From a virus: a stretch of DNA of 64,000 bases. The notes beneath the pieces are model-generated. The model saw only the letters and a list, made by a program, of their open reading frames with translations. It searched no databases and was not told the origin of the DNA. The DNA is taken from IMG/VR virus record IMGVR_UViG_3300013286_000009, positions 1-64,000 of that record; one strand, 5' to 3'. The first letter of the stretch is position 1; every line of letters starts with the position of its first letter. The position numbers were made by a program, and so were the translations under genes. Shown in pieces: positions 60,535 through 64,000 of this stretch.

Positions 60535-61656
60535 TTAACCTAGTATAATGTCGTAAATGACACTAAGATCTGCGGCGTCTGTAGCTGATGTAGAAGCTCC
60601 TGAGCCGATAGCCGCTTGCCAACTTGAACCGTTATAAATTTCCAAATACTGTAAAGTAGAGTTATAACGAGTCATGCCAACAGTTGCTGGTATACGTTGT
60701 GCGGTAGTTCCTGAAGGAATTACCAGGGCTGTTACATTATTAAAATCCCAATAACCATCACTTGTCGAAAGCAAATTATAAGGTTGATTAGTTGAGTTAA
60801 TAACATCGTTAGCTGAAAACGGATATATTCCGTTAAGACTAACTTTGCCTGTTCCCGTTGTTGTAAACGTAATATCTTGCGTTGGATTAACGCTACTAAT
60901 TGTGTAACCTGTAAATCGTATTCCGCCGGCATTTAGGGTTGTTGCAGTAGTTGACGATACTCCGCTAGCAGTTGTAGCGTAGAGATTATTCCATTGTAAA
61001 CTAGAACTACCTAATGTGTCAGTATTAGTGATACTGGGTATTAAGTCACTAGTTAGTTCAGCAGTAAAACTTACAGTATCTGTTGTTTGGTCGCCAATAT
61101 TAATAACACCTGTTGCTGATAAATTTCCGGTGACATATCCGTTGCCCGTAATAGTAGTTAAAGATCCTGAGCCGGTAACTGCTCCGTCGCCTGTCCAATT
61201 TACAATAGCTGTACCGGACGGTGAAAGATTAATATTAGAATTGGTTGTTGGTGTGTAGATTCCGTTAATATTATCTACATAAATGCCTAAAACACCAACT
61301 CCGCTTGCAATAATAGTAGGAGTACTTGCTTGATTTGGAGATACAGTTAGTGTTGCATTAAGGGCATCGCTGATAGTATTTCCGCTGATGGTCCAGTTGT
61401 TATTAGTAAATGCTGTATCAACTTTTAAGTTTGTGGTACGTATTCCATTAGCACCTCCAAGAAATAATGCAGTAGGACTGGTGCCGTAATTATTGATACC
61501 GATGCGCTTATTAGTAACATCAAAATATAATAAATCAGTATCGAAACTTAAATCGCCGGCTTGAGAATTTTCAAAATTAGCAAGATTATCGGCTAATAGT
61601 GGGCCGCTTATTCTTCCTAAACTTGCGGCATAATCTGGAGTTATATCCGCTGCCAT
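60535..61656 (-). CDS. Tail fibre-like protein, paralog of 58926-60416
   Basis: LGRISGPLL..NL, LYFDVTN.RIGIN and the same C-terminal module. Confidence 0.7.
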   Translation of the reverse strand: MAADITPDYAASLGRISGPLLADNLANFENSQAGDLSFDTDLLYFDVTNKRIGINNYGTSPTALFLGGANGIRTTNLKVDTAFTNNNWTISGNTISDALNATLTVSPNQASTPTIIASGVGVLGIYVDNINGIYTPTTNSNINLSPSGTAIVNWTGDGAVTGSGSLTTITGNGYVTGNLSATGVINIGDQTTDTVSFTAELTSDLIPSITNTDTLGSSSLQWNNLYATTASGVSSTTATTLNAGGIRFTGYTISSVNPTQDITFTTTGTGKVSLNGIYPFSANDVINSTNQPYNLLSTSDGYWDFNNVTALVIPSGTTAQRIPATVGMTRYNSTLQYLEIYNGSSWQAAIGSGASTSATDAADLSVIYDIILG

Positions 61657-61671
61657 ATGCTGTTCCTAGTA

Positions 61672-62868
61672 TTATTGGTCAAAACCTGACAATACTGTTA
61701 CAGGTTTTCCTAAGGGAACTGCGCTGGTAAATCTAATATAATAGCCTGCTGGTCTACTAGATTGTATTGCACGATTAGCGGCAATAGCACCGGTAGTTGG
61801 ATTGTTGATTGTAATTGTATTTGTTGTTGTATTAACACTGGTTACTGTGGTGCTTGCCGCAAAAACTGCGCTACTTGCTGAACTTGTAAACACCATTGCT
61901 CCAGTAGGTGTACTGTCTGGAGTTGAACTGAGTACTACAATATTACTTCCACTCGTACTTACCACAGTTTGAAAGCTATCAAAACCAATACCGTTAACAT
62001 ACATGCCAGCAGTAATACCTGCGTTACTTGCAACAAGTAAATTTGCTCCGTTAGAGCCCGGGCTTGATCCTGCAACATCAAATGTTAATGTTCCTATAGG
62101 TTGTGTATTTGCCACAGCGTTTAATACAATAGTCCAACTTCCGCCGCCGCTATTGGTAGCTGATTGCACATATTGATTACTGTTAAAACCAGTTCCTACT
62201 ATACGTTGTCCTACGACGATTGCTGTACCAGTAAAGCTGGTTACAGTCATAGTAGTTGATACAACTCCGCCTGTATTATAAGTTGCCGTGTTAGCCACTA
62301 TATTAACTGTTGTACTAACTGTTGTCGTAGGAGCCGCAGTGGATAATGTATCTCCTACATTGATATCAAGTACTGTTGAAAGAATCAATTGAGTCGATGA
62401 CGTGCCAGCCAATGTTGTGACAACTGATTCAACAATTGGATTTTGAGCAAGAAGATAATTTGTTACTGCAATTTGCAATACGTTTTCTACTACCACTATT
62501 AAATTTTGTGGCCCAAAAGTTGCGCCGCTTTGTACTTGACTTGGAAAAGTTCCTGCCGATAACGGCCCAAATAATGTGTTAAGTGCATTACCATTACCCA
62601 ATGTTTGTTGTGTAATTGCTGTTGATTCTTTGAATCTTAAGGCACGCCATCCTGTTGCTTGATATACCATAACTTGGTTAGTTGTTGTATCATAACGCAT
62701 CATACCAGTTGAAGGAGCACTGGGTTGACTACCAGTAGGTCCGTTTGGCAATACCAAACTTCCTTGTCCAACAGGGCTGACATAAACGTTAGCTCGTGCG
62801 GCATCAGAATACAATGTTGTATTATTTGCGCTTCTTCTATCTAGTGCTTGACGTTTTAAAAATCTCAT
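61672..62868 (-). CDS. Virion structural protein with inserted beta-modules
   Basis: N-terminal LP.G.T..QP..P..GMMRY.T module; V.VENVLQ...NY and C-terminal I.FTSAVP.GKPVTV..GFD flank the inserts. Confidence 0.65.
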   Translation of the reverse strand: MRFLKRQALDRRSANNTTLYSDAARANVYVSPVGQGSLVLPNGPTGSQPSAPSTGMMRYDTTTNQVMVYQATGWRALRFKESTAITQQTLGNGNALNTLFGPLSAGTFPSQVQSGATFGPQNLIVVVENVLQIAVTNYLLAQNPIVESVVTTLAGTSSTQLILSTVLDINVGDTLSTAAPTTTVSTTVNIVANTATYNTGGVVSTTMTVTSFTGTAIVVGQRIVGTGFNSNQYVQSATNSGGGSWTIVLNAVANTQPIGTLTFDVAGSSPGSNGANLLVASNAGITAGMYVNGIGFDSFQTVVSTSGSNIVVLSSTPDSTPTGAMVFTSSASSAVFAASTTVTSVNTTTNTITINNPTTGAIAANRAIQSSRPAGYYIRFTSAVPLGKPVTVLSGFDQ

Positions 62869-63188
62869 TATACTGCCAATGTGCTTATGGTAAATGTTAA
62901 CATACTAGCAAGACTTGCTATGGCAATCAATACATCGCCGTTTGCTAAAACTAATTTTTCTTGATCTAAACTTACAGTTTCGCCTGCCGGAATGGGTAAT
63001 GCTGAAATAATTGTGTGTTTAACTTGGGTGGTTGTCCCGCTGACATCGGCCGCAGGAACGGCAAATAATGTTAAATTACTAGTTGATGCTCCGTAGTTAC
63101 AAATAATTATAGTTGAAATAGCATTTGCACCGCTACTTGTATACATAACTGAATTACTTGCTGTAACTAATGTATTTTGAATTGCCAT
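62868..63188 (-). CDS. Small beta-sandwich virion protein
   Basis: YTSSG.NAI..II.CN...L.AVP...I...L.IPAGET...D.EKLVL..GD.L. Confidence 0.6.
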   Translation of the reverse strand: MAIQNTLVTASNSVMYTSSGANAISTIIICNYGASTSNLTLFAVPAADVSGTTTQVKHTIISALPIPAGETVSLDQEKLVLANGDVLIAIASLASMLTFTISTLAV

Positions 63189-63197
63189 GTTTGTTCC

Positions 63198-64000
63198 TTA
63201 AAATAGTATACTCAACAATAATGCTCTGTTTTTTGCAATTAATTCATCATTATAGTTAGCACTATTTACAAAATATATACCTGTCTTACCTGCACCTATG
63301 GTTGAACTAGCATAAAGTTCCGCACCAGAGGATGTGTATGTCGGTACACTAACCAAATTATCTAACATTAAATAACCATTTACTTCAACTGCCGCACTGC
63401 TGGCCGCAGTTAGTACTAGATTATTTCCGCCAGTGCCACTAATAGTGTTTTGTGTTGTATTTCCACCAATACGTACATTACCTAAGAAGAAACCAGCATT
63501 GGTCATAGTTCCAATCGTAGTAGGAGACGATGCGACTTGCGCTTGGAAAGTGATTGTACTACTACCAGCTTGTATACTTGTATTAGCTGTACCTATTGTT
63601 GATCCAACTGTTGATGGATATTGTAAATTTGATACTAATGCATTACCTGGAGTGCCGTTCGTATACGTACTTGATACATAATTTTGTAAAAATTTGTATG
63701 TTGGAATATCATTATCTCTAATAACATAATTGGCATAATTAATACTATTTGCAACTGTCAATACTTTAGTCGTATTGCGCATGTCAAATACTATATCAGT
63801 TGGATTGCCGCCGTTAGTGATGGTTTCAAGAGCCAATCCGTTCAACTTACCATCTACAGTTTTTAATTGGAATACACCGGCTAAATCAGCACCAGTACTT
63901 GCTACTATTGTAGCTGTTAAATTAGTTCCGCTACTACTAGTAGTTGTAATAGCAGGGCCGCTATAAGTTGCAGACAATGTAAATGCTGATATACCGCCGG
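63198..64000 (-). CDS. Virion structural protein, 5' end outside the window
   Basis: The frame stays open from 63977 to the window end; Thr/Ser/Gly-rich; ends in G.TGIYFVN...DELI.KNRALL.SILF. Confidence 0.6.
   Translation of the reverse strand, partial: GGISAFTLSATYSGPAITTTSSSGTNLTATIVASTGADLAGVFQLKTVDGKLNGLALETITNGGNPTDIVFDMRNTTKVLTVANSINYANYVIRDNDIPTYKFLQNYVSSTYTNGTPGNALVSNLQYPSTVGSTIGTANTSIQAGSSTITFQAQVASSPTTIGTMTNAGFFLGNVRIGGNTTQNTISGTGGNNLVLTAASSAAVEVNGYLMLDNLVSVPTYTSSGAELYASSTIGAGKTGIYFVNSANYNDELIAKNRALLLSILF

Noticed and set aside
33824-63966. Many 60-140 aa antisense or alternate-frame ORFs, including Pro-rich and Arg-rich ones opposite the Gly-rich genes, as possible RiPP precursors
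   Set aside because: They are shadows of Gly/Thr/Ala codon bias lying inside long genes, with no SD or promoter motif.

Overview
This 64-kb window is a gene-dense, AT-rich segment of a large T4-like (contractile-tail, probably jumbo) dsDNA bacteriophage. It reads cleanly in the standard genetic code. I saw no tRNA, CRISPR array, integrase, intron or intein. From left to right it holds: (1) 1-17.6 kb, the packaging and virion core, with probable internal head proteins, TerL, a TerS-like gene, gp4 head completion, a tail-tube paralog, tail tube, an oversized 1317-aa sheath, an HNH-like gene, dNMP kinase and gp13/gp14/gp15-like neck proteins; (2) 17.5-33.8 kb, an enzyme island with a Nudix hydrolase, a complete GroES/GroEL pair, a tail-fibre chaperone, ten 2OG-Fe(II) oxygenase-fold genes (an eleventh lies at 13.5 kb) and four flavin-dependent tryptophan-halogenase-family genes, arranged as three divergent cassettes with T4-late-like TAAATA motifs; (3) 33.8-64 kb, a long minus-strand block of tail, fibre and baseplate genes, with three polyglycine adhesin-like paralogs, an S74-chaperone fibre, two giant paralogs (3706 and 2708 aa) and further fibre-like proteins. 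The best candidate for an undescribed system is a late-expressed virion-tailoring island (halogenases, hydroxylases and a private chaperonin) next to Trp/His/Tyr-looped Gly-rich adhesins. Other signals include a relic alternative 3' gene end, a probable pseudo-enzyme partner, a structured 5' leader, probable leaderless late mRNAs and phycobiliprotein-like CxRDxGY repeats. All product calls come from motif recognition by eye; no database search was run.
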